Position numbers and translations under genes: made by a program. This document shows, piece by piece, positions 29,845-38,598 of a stretch of 48,816 bases of DNA. Below the pieces are notes generated by a model. That model had not been told where the DNA came from, ran no database searches, and saw only the letters and a program-made list of their open reading frames with translations. Source of the stretch: Candidatus Woesearchaeota archaeon (lineage in GTDB: Archaea > Nanobdellota > Nanobdellia > SCGC-AAA011-G17 > JACPNG01); assembly GCA_016203135.1 (NCBI GenBank), contig JACQNI010000025.1, positions 1 to 48,816 on the forward strand. The letters run 5' to 3'. Positions within the stretch are counted from its first letter, which is position 1. The number at the start of each line of letters is the position of its first letter.

Positions 29845-30395
29845 TATTTCCTCATAATATCAATCAGGTTATTAAACATTATCTTTACCCACCCAAGATA
29901 AGGAATTCTAAAAACCCCTTTTCCAATGATTTCTTCTTGACTTACTTGGCCATTATCTGGTATCTTATTGTTGTCTCCTTTTGTAATATAACCAATATCT
30001 TTATCAACAATTCGATGTATTATTGGATATCTAGCTTTTCCCTTGTCATAAACTATAATATCCCCTTTTTCTAGGCTTTTTGACCCATATAAAACAATTA
30101 TGTCCCCTGTGTTAAATCCATTCCTGAAGTCAAAATCTTTAAACATCTCTTTTGTTATTTCCTTTCCAGCATAAAAATCATTATTATCTTCCCACCAGTT
30201 ATCAAAATTTTTGCCGTTATGTTCCATACTTGAGCTTACAACAGCAACAACAGGCAGACTAGTATTTAAAATTAACCCCAATCCAGGATATATTATGAAT
30301 TTAACCAGAATAAATGCTAATATAATGTTAACTATCCATGACCATATTGAATCTTCCTTCCATATAAAGTGCCATATTTTCTTTAGGTTTGTCAT
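29844..30395 (-). CDS. Signal peptidase I (Sec11-type)
   Basis: VVSSSME, PIIHR, TKGDNN, IPYLG motifs. Confidence 0.9.
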   Translation of the reverse strand: MTNLKKIWHFIWKEDSIWSWIVNIILAFILVKFIIYPGLGLILNTSLPVVAVVSSSMEHNGKNFDNWWEDNNDFYAGKEITKEMFKDFDFRNGFNTGDIIVLYGSKSLEKGDIIVYDKGKARYPIIHRIVDKDIGYITKGDNNKIPDNGQVSQEEIIGKGVFRIPYLGWVKIMFNNLIDIMRK

Positions 30396-30433
30396 TTAAC
30401 TCCAAAAATTCAGCACTATATTAAAATTTTGTT

Positions 30434-30697
30434 TTATATGCTTTCAAACTTCTTAAGAAATTCATCATTCTTCTTCTTTAATCTATTAGAAGTTTCAACT
30501 AATGCCTTCTTTGGATCCTTGCTCTCAACAACTAAAATAGGATTGCTTACTAATGCATGTTTAATAGCATATCCAGCTATTTCTATATCTTTATCCTGCC
30601 ATAATTCTTTTCTGATAATATTGCAAAAAGTATGATCTTCCCCAACTACTTCTAGCTTCAATAACCCTTTATCCATTTCTATTACCTTTAATTCCAT
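30434..30697 (-). CDS. rpoL: RNA polymerase subunit L (Rpo11)
   Basis: GEDHTFCNIIR...AGYAIKHAL. Confidence 0.92.
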   Translation of the reverse strand: MELKVIEMDKGLLKLEVVGEDHTFCNIIRKELWQDKDIEIAGYAIKHALVSNPILVVESKDPKKALVETSNRLKKKNDEFLKKFESI

Positions 30698-30796
30698 GTT
30701 TTTGATTAAGACTATGCTTTTTTAAGTCTTTCGGCTAAAGCATTAGTTAGCAAAGTTAATTACACATTCAACTATAGATTTTAGGACTATTAAATC

Positions 30797-31768
30797 TCAA
30801 AGCCTTATTTCCTTTTCCAACCAAGGAATATGCTCATTTTTTCTCTTCCAAAAAATATCTTCCCAAATATAGTGAACTGCAAGCATTGAATACTTACCAT
30901 ATCTCTTCTTAATGTCGTTCCTGATTTTATTAGCTGGAACAAGTGACTTTTTGTAAAATAATCGCGAGTAAATTTTCTGTTGCCAAGATGCAATATGATC
31001 GAACGTATTATATTGATGACAAACTTCGAAAAGAAGTATGCGGGCAGTTTCAGGCCCTACCCCGTATAATTTCATCAATGCTTTTTTCGCATTCTCTTGA
31101 TCAAGCATTCTAAGTTTATTCTCATCAATTTTATGCTCAGTAAAATCTTTAGATAATCGTTTAATAAATTTTGCTCGATAGCCGACTTTCAAATCTCGTA
31201 AATTTTGTTCAGTAACCTTTTCTAATTCTTTCGGTAACCAGATAACAAAAATCTCCTTATCATCGAATTTTAGCTTAACTCCATAATTATCAAGAAGCAG
31301 ATCCATCATTTGCACAGTTCTTCTAACTGTAGCATTCTGCAAAAGCACTGAAATAATAAGAAGCTCGTATAAATTATGTGCGCTTGAGTTTCGCATTCCC
31401 AACCATTTTTTAAAAATTGGATAAAAGCGCTTATCTTTTTTGGCAATTGCGTTAAATTCTTTCAAATCAGCATTTAGATCAAAACGCCAAATTAGCTCTT
31501 GCTTAATATTCTCAATATCTTCATCAGAAATATTATTGTTATAGAAAATAGAGATTTTTATTTTTGGATTTTTTGGTTGACCTTTATTTTCAATTTTAAG
31601 TCCGAAAAGTCTCTCATCAATCCTAATGGCTTGCCAATACTTTCCAGATTCCCAATCATCTAGTTTATCTGGAAAGTGCGATGGTTTATGAAAAGTTCCA
31701 TCAAAGTGGAATGGTGAACTTGGAAAAATAAAAAATTCCTTTTCATTCTTAAAAAATTGAGATTTCAT
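30797..31768 (-). CDS. HhH-GPD superfamily DNA glycosylase (AlkA/OGG-like)
   Basis: ISVLLQN, KVGYRA and LMKLYGVGPETA helix-hairpin-helix. Confidence 0.8.
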   Translation of the reverse strand: MKSQFFKNEKEFFIFPSSPFHFDGTFHKPSHFPDKLDDWESGKYWQAIRIDERLFGLKIENKGQPKNPKIKISIFYNNNISDEDIENIKQELIWRFDLNADLKEFNAIAKKDKRFYPIFKKWLGMRNSSAHNLYELLIISVLLQNATVRRTVQMMDLLLDNYGVKLKFDDKEIFVIWLPKELEKVTEQNLRDLKVGYRAKFIKRLSKDFTEHKIDENKLRMLDQENAKKALMKLYGVGPETARILLFEVCHQYNTFDHIASWQQKIYSRLFYKKSLVPANKIRNDIKKRYGKYSMLAVHYIWEDIFWKRKNEHIPWLEKEIRL

Positions 31769-32400
31769 GTTAAGGGTAGTTCACGTCTTTCTATCCGCCA
31801 TAAGTCAACCTTGACAAAATAGGTTTCCTTCTTGTGAAACTTTAATGTTTTTTTAATTAAAAAGTCAATCTCTTTTATTTTTATCGCTGAAAAATTATTT
31901 TCTTTGCAAATTTTTTTTATGAAATCATCGCTTCCTGTTTTATGAAAGCTATAGATCAGATCGCTTATCTCCATGGCCTTTTCCAAAAAAATTTTATCGG
32001 CCTTTCTCTTCTGAACCCCAAAAGGCGGATTTTCCATGACAATATCTACCTTCTCTTTAAAATCACCAATTTCAGAGTTAATTATTTTAACATTCAATTT
32101 CTGTCCTACAAATCTTTCAAGTATTTTTTTATTTTCTTCAGAAACCTTTACAGCGTTTTTATCAGAGTCTATAAGATATACAATCTTTGCGCTCAACAAA
32201 GAAGCAGAAAATCCAAGAATTCCATTCCCAGATCCAAGATCAGCAACCCTTTTATTTTCAAATTTTTTTTCTAAGTTGATCTGCCATGCAACAAAAGAAG
32301 CTACCTCAGAATCAGTCTGATATTGTTCTAGATTTACATCAGGATTTTCAAAAGTCTTTAGTTTAGACAACAATACTGCAAGCTCTTTCTTACTTTTCAT
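31765..32400 (-). CDS. METTL5-family putative RNA N6-adenine methyltransferase
   Basis: LEQYQT, DLGSGNG and NPPFG motifs. Confidence 0.88.
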   Translation of the reverse strand: MKSKKELAVLLSKLKTFENPDVNLEQYQTDSEVASFVAWQINLEKKFENKRVADLGSGNGILGFSASLLSAKIVYLIDSDKNAVKVSEENKKILERFVGQKLNVKIINSEIGDFKEKVDIVMENPPFGVQKRKADKIFLEKAMEISDLIYSFHKTGSDDFIKKICKENNFSAIKIKEIDFLIKKTLKFHKKETYFVKVDLWRIERRELPLT

Positions 32401-32857
32401 CCTTAATCTTTAACATGTCTCCAATTGTAATGCCTTTGTCGCTAAAATTTATATCCCTATTTTTTTCCTTTTCTTTTTTTTCCTCTTTATGCATTGTTAT
32501 TAATTTTATCCTTAAGTATTGCTCTAATTTCTTTGCCAAAGGAATAGTTGGCTCAAGTTGTCCTGATTCAATCTTATGTATAACGCTTTCTTTTTCAGCT
32601 ATAAACCTAGCCAAGTCTGCCTGAGTCATTTTCATGCTTTCCCTTGCCTTTTTTATTTTTTGGCTGTAATCATTTGCAATGATATTAACTTCTTCATCCA
32701 TGCTACCAGCAGAACTAATCTGTTTTTCAACAAGCTCCTTGCTGGGCAATCTAACTACATTTCCAAAATTAGCGCAATTTCTGCATACATTAAGCAGGCT
32801 GCCTTCTACTATGGCTTCAACTAAAACAGCCTCTCTACCACATACATCGCATTGCAT
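32390..32857 (-). CDS. Archaeal multiprotein bridging factor aMBF1 (Zn ribbon plus HTH)
   Basis: CDVCG...VCRNC; ARE...TQADLA...IHKIESG HTH. Confidence 0.9.
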   Translation of the reverse strand: MQCDVCGREAVLVEAIVEGSLLNVCRNCANFGNVVRLPSKELVEKQISSAGSMDEEVNIIANDYSQKIKKARESMKMTQADLARFIAEKESVIHKIESGQLEPTIPLAKKLEQYLRIKLITMHKEEKKEKEKNRDINFSDKGITIGDMLKIKDEK

Positions 32858-32959
32858 TTTATTTTAATGGCTTACAAATATATTAATCTTTCCATCAAAA
32901 CTAGTTTTTTAACAAACTTACTTAGAAAGATTAATAAATATGTTTCCATTAATTAACTT

Positions 32960-33226
32960 ATGGAAACAAAAAACATACAATTAGAATCAGATCGTCGTTG
33001 TAGTGTAGAAGAACTGGAAAGAATACTTAATGATGCACCAATTAGCGTTTTTGGTCTTGGTTTAAAATTAGTTGCTCGTATGGAACTTGGCAGAATTATA
33101 TATATTAGACCAATTGAAGGTAAGGTCTCTTATGTTAAAGTTTATGATGTTGATGTAGAAAACCTTAGCAATGATCATTTATTTTTCAATTATAAAAATC
33201 AAAAATTTGAAATTCAATACAATTAG
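32960..33226 (+). CDS. Hypothetical protein
   Basis: 88-aa ORF filling the gap, with TTAATAAA about 21 nt upstream. Confidence 0.55.
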   Translation: METKNIQLESDRRCSVEELERILNDAPISVFGLGLKLVARMELGRIIYIRPIEGKVSYVKVYDVDVENLSNDHLFFNYKNQKFEIQYN

Positions 33227-33254
33227 CTCATCACAACTTTCTCAGCATCTTGCA

Positions 33255-33962
33255 CTAGAACTCTCCATTATTGCACTCTTCTTCAAATATTTCCTTAAAG
33301 TCTTCACAAAAAACTTCAAACAATTTTTCCTTAGTCATTAATCCCTCATATTTTTTATCCCCAATAACTAAGCTAGGAGTTTTGGTAATATTATAAGAAG
33401 ATTTTATTATCTCTATTCCAGGTTCTCTTTCAAAGTCTGCGTCTATTGCAAATATCAATATCTTGTCTTGATATTTGTCCTTCAAAAAAGTTAATACATT
33501 TCCTTGCAGCACACAGTCATTACATTCTTGATTGGAGTAAAAGTATAATATTGGTATATCTTCTTGCAAGCAAAGTTCTCTTACTTGTATAGATAAAAGC
33601 CAGTATCTTAACTCAGATATCATATATGCCCTTTTCAAGTTTAAAAAGTTCTCATTATCCTCGCTTAATGTAGCAGTCAAATAATCTTCAAGTTGTTTTC
33701 TAGTCTTGTCAATTTCATTCAAATTATTTTCCAGTGTTTTCTGTGCAACAGGGCAGTTTTTTTCCCTGGAAAAAATATTAAGATATAGATACTGCAGCTG
33801 CAAGCTCTCAAGATCTAGGTTTTGTATTCTGCTCTTTTCTTCAATGGCCCCTTCCCTTGAATTAGTCAAAATTAATCCAAGAAATATCCCAAATATAAAA
33901 ATAACTAAAGTAATTATTCCTGCAATGATGTATATTCTGCTGGATATTTTTCTCTCTACCAT
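33255..33962 (-). CDS. Membrane-anchored protein with C-terminal thioredoxin-like domain
   Basis: N-terminal TM, coiled region, YFYS..CNDC (CxxC), cis-Pro motif TPSLVI. Confidence 0.7.
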   Translation of the reverse strand: MVERKISSRIYIIAGIITLVIFIFGIFLGLILTNSREGAIEEKSRIQNLDLESLQLQYLYLNIFSREKNCPVAQKTLENNLNEIDKTRKQLEDYLTATLSEDNENFLNLKRAYMISELRYWLLSIQVRELCLQEDIPILYFYSNQECNDCVLQGNVLTFLKDKYQDKILIFAIDADFEREPGIEIIKSSYNITKTPSLVIGDKKYEGLMTKEKLFEVFCEDFKEIFEEECNNGEF

Positions 33963-35209
33963 TTCTGAAATTTACCTCTGATAAGATCAAGAAAAACGCC
34001 AAACAATACTACAGAAGCAAGCACTGAATAAAATAATAAATAAGAAGGGATAGTTATATATCCATATCTTGACAAGGGTTCATTTGCATGTTTATGCGCA
34101 TATTTTATCAAGAATAAAGCCAAGATAAACAAAACAACAGCATAAAAATAACTTACCAAGTCTAAATTAATAAATGCAAAATTATCCATAAATCTTTTCA
34201 AGGGCATTACGAAATTAAAATCTGTCAAAGAAAGCACTTTAATTTTTGTTATTAGTGGCTGTATTAAATTTGAATACAAGACTACAGATATTACAAACAA
34301 AACAGCAACGCTTTCAAGCAATATTCTTGGCATTTGTATAAATCCAAAATCTCCATATTTTTTATTGAATGCCATGTTTCTATATTTTAATGCATTAAGA
34401 AATGTCCCTTTATACCATCTATTTCTTTGCCTGTAAAATGCCTTAAATGTCCCTGGAGCCTTTGTATAAACCTCTGTGTTAAATACTTGTATTATTTTGT
34501 AATGGTTTTTCTGCAATCTTAATGTTAATTCCAAATCCTCAACCAAGTTTTTTTCATCAAAACCTCCAAGATTCTCTATTGTTTCTTTTCTGTATGTGCT
34601 AAAAGGTCCTGGAGCGACATGCACACAGTCTAATATTGACATTAATCTTTTGTAAAATAAATTTACCAAGTACTCGCACCATTGTATTTTCTGCAATAAG
34701 TTTTTAGGATTGAATACCTTCATCAAGGGTAAAACCGCAGCAACATCATTGTCTTTGAATCTTGGTATTACTTTCTTCAATGCATCTTCCCTTATAATTG
34801 AATCAGAATCCATTGTCGTGAAAAATTCTCCATCAGCTATTTTTAAGGCTGCATTCAATGCAGATCCTTTTCCATGATTATTTTGATTTATCAGTTTTAT
34901 ATTAAATCCAGGATTTTCATTTATGGTTTTTTCTACAATCTCTTTTGTCTTGTCAGTGCTTCCATCATTCACAATAATAACCCCTAACTTCTCCCTGGGA
35001 TAATCAAGCCTTAACACAGAATTTATTGTTTCAGAAATATTTTTTTCTTCATTATAAGCTGGAATTGCAATTGTAGCTTTTGGATATATCTCCATTTTTT
35101 CTTCAGTTTCAACTATATTTTTTTCCAAAAAGACTAAAAGCCAGAAGATTATCAAGTAAAGAAAAAAGACATAAGACAGCCAAACAACTAAAACGCTAAA
35201 AGGTATCAT
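33956..35209 (-). CDS. Processive GT2 (cellulose/hyaluronan/PNAG synthase-like)
   Basis: IPAYNEE, DGSTD, MDSDS, VEDLE and QRNRW (D,D,D,QxxRW) motifs with flanking TMs. Confidence 0.88.
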   Translation of the reverse strand: MIPFSVLVVWLSYVFFLYLIIFWLLVFLEKNIVETEEKMEIYPKATIAIPAYNEEKNISETINSVLRLDYPREKLGVIIVNDGSTDKTKEIVEKTINENPGFNIKLINQNNHGKGSALNAALKIADGEFFTTMDSDSIIREDALKKVIPRFKDNDVAAVLPLMKVFNPKNLLQKIQWCEYLVNLFYKRLMSILDCVHVAPGPFSTYRKETIENLGGFDEKNLVEDLELTLRLQKNHYKIIQVFNTEVYTKAPGTFKAFYRQRNRWYKGTFLNALKYRNMAFNKKYGDFGFIQMPRILLESVAVLFVISVVLYSNLIQPLITKIKVLSLTDFNFVMPLKRFMDNFAFINLDLVSYFYAVVLFILALFLIKYAHKHANEPLSRYGYITIPSYLLFYSVLASVVLFGVFLDLIRGKFQKW

Positions 35210-35211
35210 AA

Positions 35212-36618
35212 TTATTCTACCCCATATATTTCATAACCATTTTTATTGTATATCTTTTTAAAGGTTGTGCTAAATTTAAGCAAGAATAATATTCCTTCAT
35301 CTTCCTGATTCCATAGTTTTCCCCTCATTTCAGGGTCTATATAGATATAGTCTATTCCATATTTCTTGGTTAATGTTATTGCTTCCTTCAAGTCCTTAGT
35401 ATACATCAATTTGTAAAAATCTTCATTTCTTTCCCTTAAACCTGGCGCAAAGAAGAACTCACCATCCATAAAATTCTTTCTTTCAGATAAAGCGCTTATA
35501 AAATGTCCATTTGAATGATAAGACAAGACAATGTCATCCTTGTTGCTGTTTTCTCTTAAAAAATTCATTGCATCTATTGTGCCTTGATTCGGATTTTTAT
35601 CTTTTATCTGATTCATATAAGTAACTGTTGAAAATATTAAGCCTATGGAAATTATAAGTAATGATAATGTTTTTATTGAATCGCTTTCCCATTTCATGCT
35701 TATCAATTTTATTAATCCCAATGAAGCCAGAAATGCTATGATAAAGTTCAAGTATAGCAGTGATTTTGTGTTGAATATAGCAAGTATAGCTAATAAAACT
35801 AAGGACAAGTATATTATAAAATTTTGGTATTTTTTCTCCCATAATCTCGAAAGTCCAAAAAATGATAAGAACACTGCAAATATGCTTATTCCATAAATCC
35901 CGCCAAAATCAGATATAAACTCTTGGATAAAAGATAGATTATTGAATTCGATGCTTGGAATTCCATTCAATATAAACGGCCAGATTATCATGAAAAGCAA
36001 TATTGCTAAAATAAAGTATGATCTCTTTAGCCCATATCTAAATCCAATAATTGCAGTAAAAAGTAATGTGATTATTCCATGAAATATTCCAAAAAAAGGC
36101 GCAATTAATATAAGCAGATATGAAAAAAAGCTTTTTTTATATAAAAGCAGTAAAAAAGCACATAATAATAAAAAAACAGGAACAATAAAATCATTTGAAA
36201 CAGTTCCTGCATATATAAAAGCCGGCGACAATGCTAATATTATACATGAAAATATCCTAGCCCTTAAGCTCAAGCCAGTTTTTTTTAACAAATAATAAAA
36301 AACAACCAAGGAAGCTAAAGCAAATATCATCGGAAGTATTTTGGATGCATTTTCTAAAGTAATTCCAAATGACTTGGAAAATATATTAAGCATGAGATGC
36401 CATGCATTGAATATGTGATTTCTTCCAGAAAAGCTTAATTGATCATAAGTCATAAAAGGATTTTCTGCAATCCTTAGATGATAATAAGCTTCATCTCCTA
36501 TTAATAATTCCCCCCTCTGCAGATTAACAATTAACAATAAAGTAGCAGAAAGAATAACAACAAATAAAACACTGATTAAATCAGCACCTGCGTTTATATA
36601 TTTTTTCTCCATTTCCAT
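35212..36618 (-). CDS. Multi-TM GT-C / STT3-like protein
   Basis: DEAYYHLR; C-terminal AMNFLRENS...KYGIDYIYI domain; no WWDYG. Confidence 0.65.
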   Translation of the reverse strand: MEMEKKYINAGADLISVLFVVILSATLLLIVNLQRGELLIGDEAYYHLRIAENPFMTYDQLSFSGRNHIFNAWHLMLNIFSKSFGITLENASKILPMIFALASLVVFYYLLKKTGLSLRARIFSCIILALSPAFIYAGTVSNDFIVPVFLLLCAFLLLLYKKSFFSYLLILIAPFFGIFHGIITLLFTAIIGFRYGLKRSYFILAILLFMIIWPFILNGIPSIEFNNLSFIQEFISDFGGIYGISIFAVFLSFFGLSRLWEKKYQNFIIYLSLVLLAILAIFNTKSLLYLNFIIAFLASLGLIKLISMKWESDSIKTLSLLIISIGLIFSTVTYMNQIKDKNPNQGTIDAMNFLRENSNKDDIVLSYHSNGHFISALSERKNFMDGEFFFAPGLRERNEDFYKLMYTKDLKEAITLTKKYGIDYIYIDPEMRGKLWNQEDEGILFLLKFSTTFKKIYNKNGYEIYGVE

Positions 36619-38056
36619 TATAACTCTCTCTAAAACAAGTCTTGTCTTCTAAATTGCTAAAGCCTTCCCTATTATAAATCTTTTTTGTTCTGTCGCTTAT
36701 ATAAACATAATCAGAATTATATTTGCTCATTATATTTACAGATTTTGCTATAGATGTAGTTGTAAAAAATTCTTCTACATCATTATATTTTTCATTTATG
36801 TTCTTTACCAGTAAAAAGTTTTCATCCATTACATTTTTTCTATTTGATACTGTAGTTACAAAGTTGCCCTCATCAACAGAGGAAAATATTACAGCATCTT
36901 GTTCAGTATTTTCTTTTATCCATTTCAATGCATTAAATTCATCATCATTAAATCCATTCTTTATTACATTCTTTGCATTGACATAAGCCGGCAAGACTAA
37001 AGTCAATACAACTATCAAGAACAAAAACATCATGATGTAGTTTTTTATATTTGCCATTTTGGTTATCTCTATGTACTTGAAAAACTTCTCAAATCCAACA
37101 GAGGACAATATTGTTACTGTTATTGCCAAAAACAAAACCCCAATTTCAAAGTTTATAAGTTTAAATGATAAAATAAGCAATATGCTCAAAAGCATGCTTG
37201 AAAACAATACCATTACATTGTTTCTTTGCCTGAATATTCCAAAGTAAACCCCTATCAATGCAAACAATAAAGGCATTATGCCCAAGCCAAGCAATATTTT
37301 TCCAAGATTTATATTTATGAAATACCTATCCAAGATTTTATCAGGTATGTTTTGCCATACAGTATTAAATCCCTGTGTTAAAAACGCATTTCTATATATT
37401 AAAAATTCAATGAACAATGTTACAAAAACAAAAAAGAATATTGCTTCCTTGTTTAGATTTATTATTTTTACATCTTCGCTCTTAGAAATCAAAAGATATA
37501 ATATAAAAGATAATGATAAAATAAAAGCTATAGGATGTACTAAAGGCAGTAAAACAGATAAAATAACAAATAAGTTAAGGTATCTCTTGTTTTCTAGTCT
37601 TATAAACGCAAGCAATGTCAAAAAAGTCAAGGGCAAGGCTAAAGAATAAACACTTATGTTGTTCAATGTGTTTGTTATTAATATAGGAATAAATCCTGCA
37701 ATAAAAGAAGAAAATAATATTGCCTTGTCATCATTTGTTATTGACTTTATTATTAAGTAAACTATTATTACTAATGATGATATTAAAATTTCTGGTACAA
37801 CCTTCAAGGCAATATCTCCAAAAATAAAGACAAACACAGACATGAAATAGTAAAATATTGGTGAAAACAATTGTTCCTTGCCAGAATAGCTCAAATCATC
37901 TTCAAATATTGGCTTGTTATTTTCTAATATATTATCTATCTGCCTCATGTTGTAATATGCATTGTCATCTGCGAAATGAGGCGTTGTAAAGACAAAATAT
38001 AATCTAAAAATTAAAGTCAACAAAAATATTAATATGACTATTTTATTTTTGTTCAT
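36581..38056 (-). CDS. Multi-TM GT-C / STT3-like protein
   Basis: DNAYYNMR; ALKWIKENT...KYNSDYVYI; paralog of 35212-36618; probable start ATG 38056. Confidence 0.65.
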   Translation of the reverse strand: MNKNKIVILIFLLTLIFRLYFVFTTPHFADDNAYYNMRQIDNILENNKPIFEDDLSYSGKEQLFSPIFYYFMSVFVFIFGDIALKVVPEILISSLVIIVYLIIKSITNDDKAILFSSFIAGFIPILITNTLNNISVYSLALPLTFLTLLAFIRLENKRYLNLFVILSVLLPLVHPIAFILSLSFILYLLISKSEDVKIINLNKEAIFFFVFVTLFIEFLIYRNAFLTQGFNTVWQNIPDKILDRYFININLGKILLGLGIMPLLFALIGVYFGIFRQRNNVMVLFSSMLLSILLILSFKLINFEIGVLFLAITVTILSSVGFEKFFKYIEITKMANIKNYIMMFLFLIVVLTLVLPAYVNAKNVIKNGFNDDEFNALKWIKENTEQDAVIFSSVDEGNFVTTVSNRKNVMDENFLLVKNINEKYNDVEEFFTTTSIAKSVNIMSKYNSDYVYISDRTKKIYNREGFSNLEDKTCFRESYNGNGEKIYKRRC

Positions 38057-38564
38057 CCTTATTACCGCTTTTTTGTTCGAGTTCTGCAAATTTTAATTTA
38101 ATCTCATTCTCAACCAAATCAAAATAATCAAAAAACTTTGATGTTAACTTCAAAGTCCTTGTTCTTCCCTGTCTTTCAGAGGTTATAAATTCTTGCTCCT
38201 TTAAGGCCTTTATATGATCATAAGCCCCATTTCCCCTCATCTTTATTATTTCAGATTGTAATACTGGATTTTTGTATGCAATCAAAGCAAGTGTTTTTGT
38301 TGTAGAAGCATCTAATTCAGAATTGTCTAATAAGCTTGTTGTCAAATAATTGAACTCTTTTTTTATGTTTAGCTTCCATTTGTTGTTTTCTTCAAATATC
38401 TGCAAAGCAGAACTACTTTTCTCATATTCTTTCATTAATTCATTTATTGCATCTTTAACCAATCCAGTAGATCCTATGTTGCATAGTTTTGATATTTCTT
38501 CTACATCCATGAATCTTCCTGTAACAAATAGGATAGCTTCTATCTTTCTCTTTGTATCTTCCAT
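38043..38564 (-). CDS. scpB: SMC-Scp complex subunit ScpB
   Basis: IEAILF, TLALIAYKNPV.QSEI...RG, T.KFFDYF motifs. Confidence 0.92.
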   Translation of the reverse strand: MEDTKRKIEAILFVTGRFMDVEEISKLCNIGSTGLVKDAINELMKEYEKSSSALQIFEENNKWKLNIKKEFNYLTTSLLDNSELDASTTKTLALIAYKNPVLQSEIIKMRGNGAYDHIKALKEQEFITSERQGRTRTLKLTSKFFDYFDLVENEIKLKFAELEQKSGNKDEQK

Positions 38565-38598
38565 AAAACTAAAATATATATAAAGTTTTTAAAGATTG

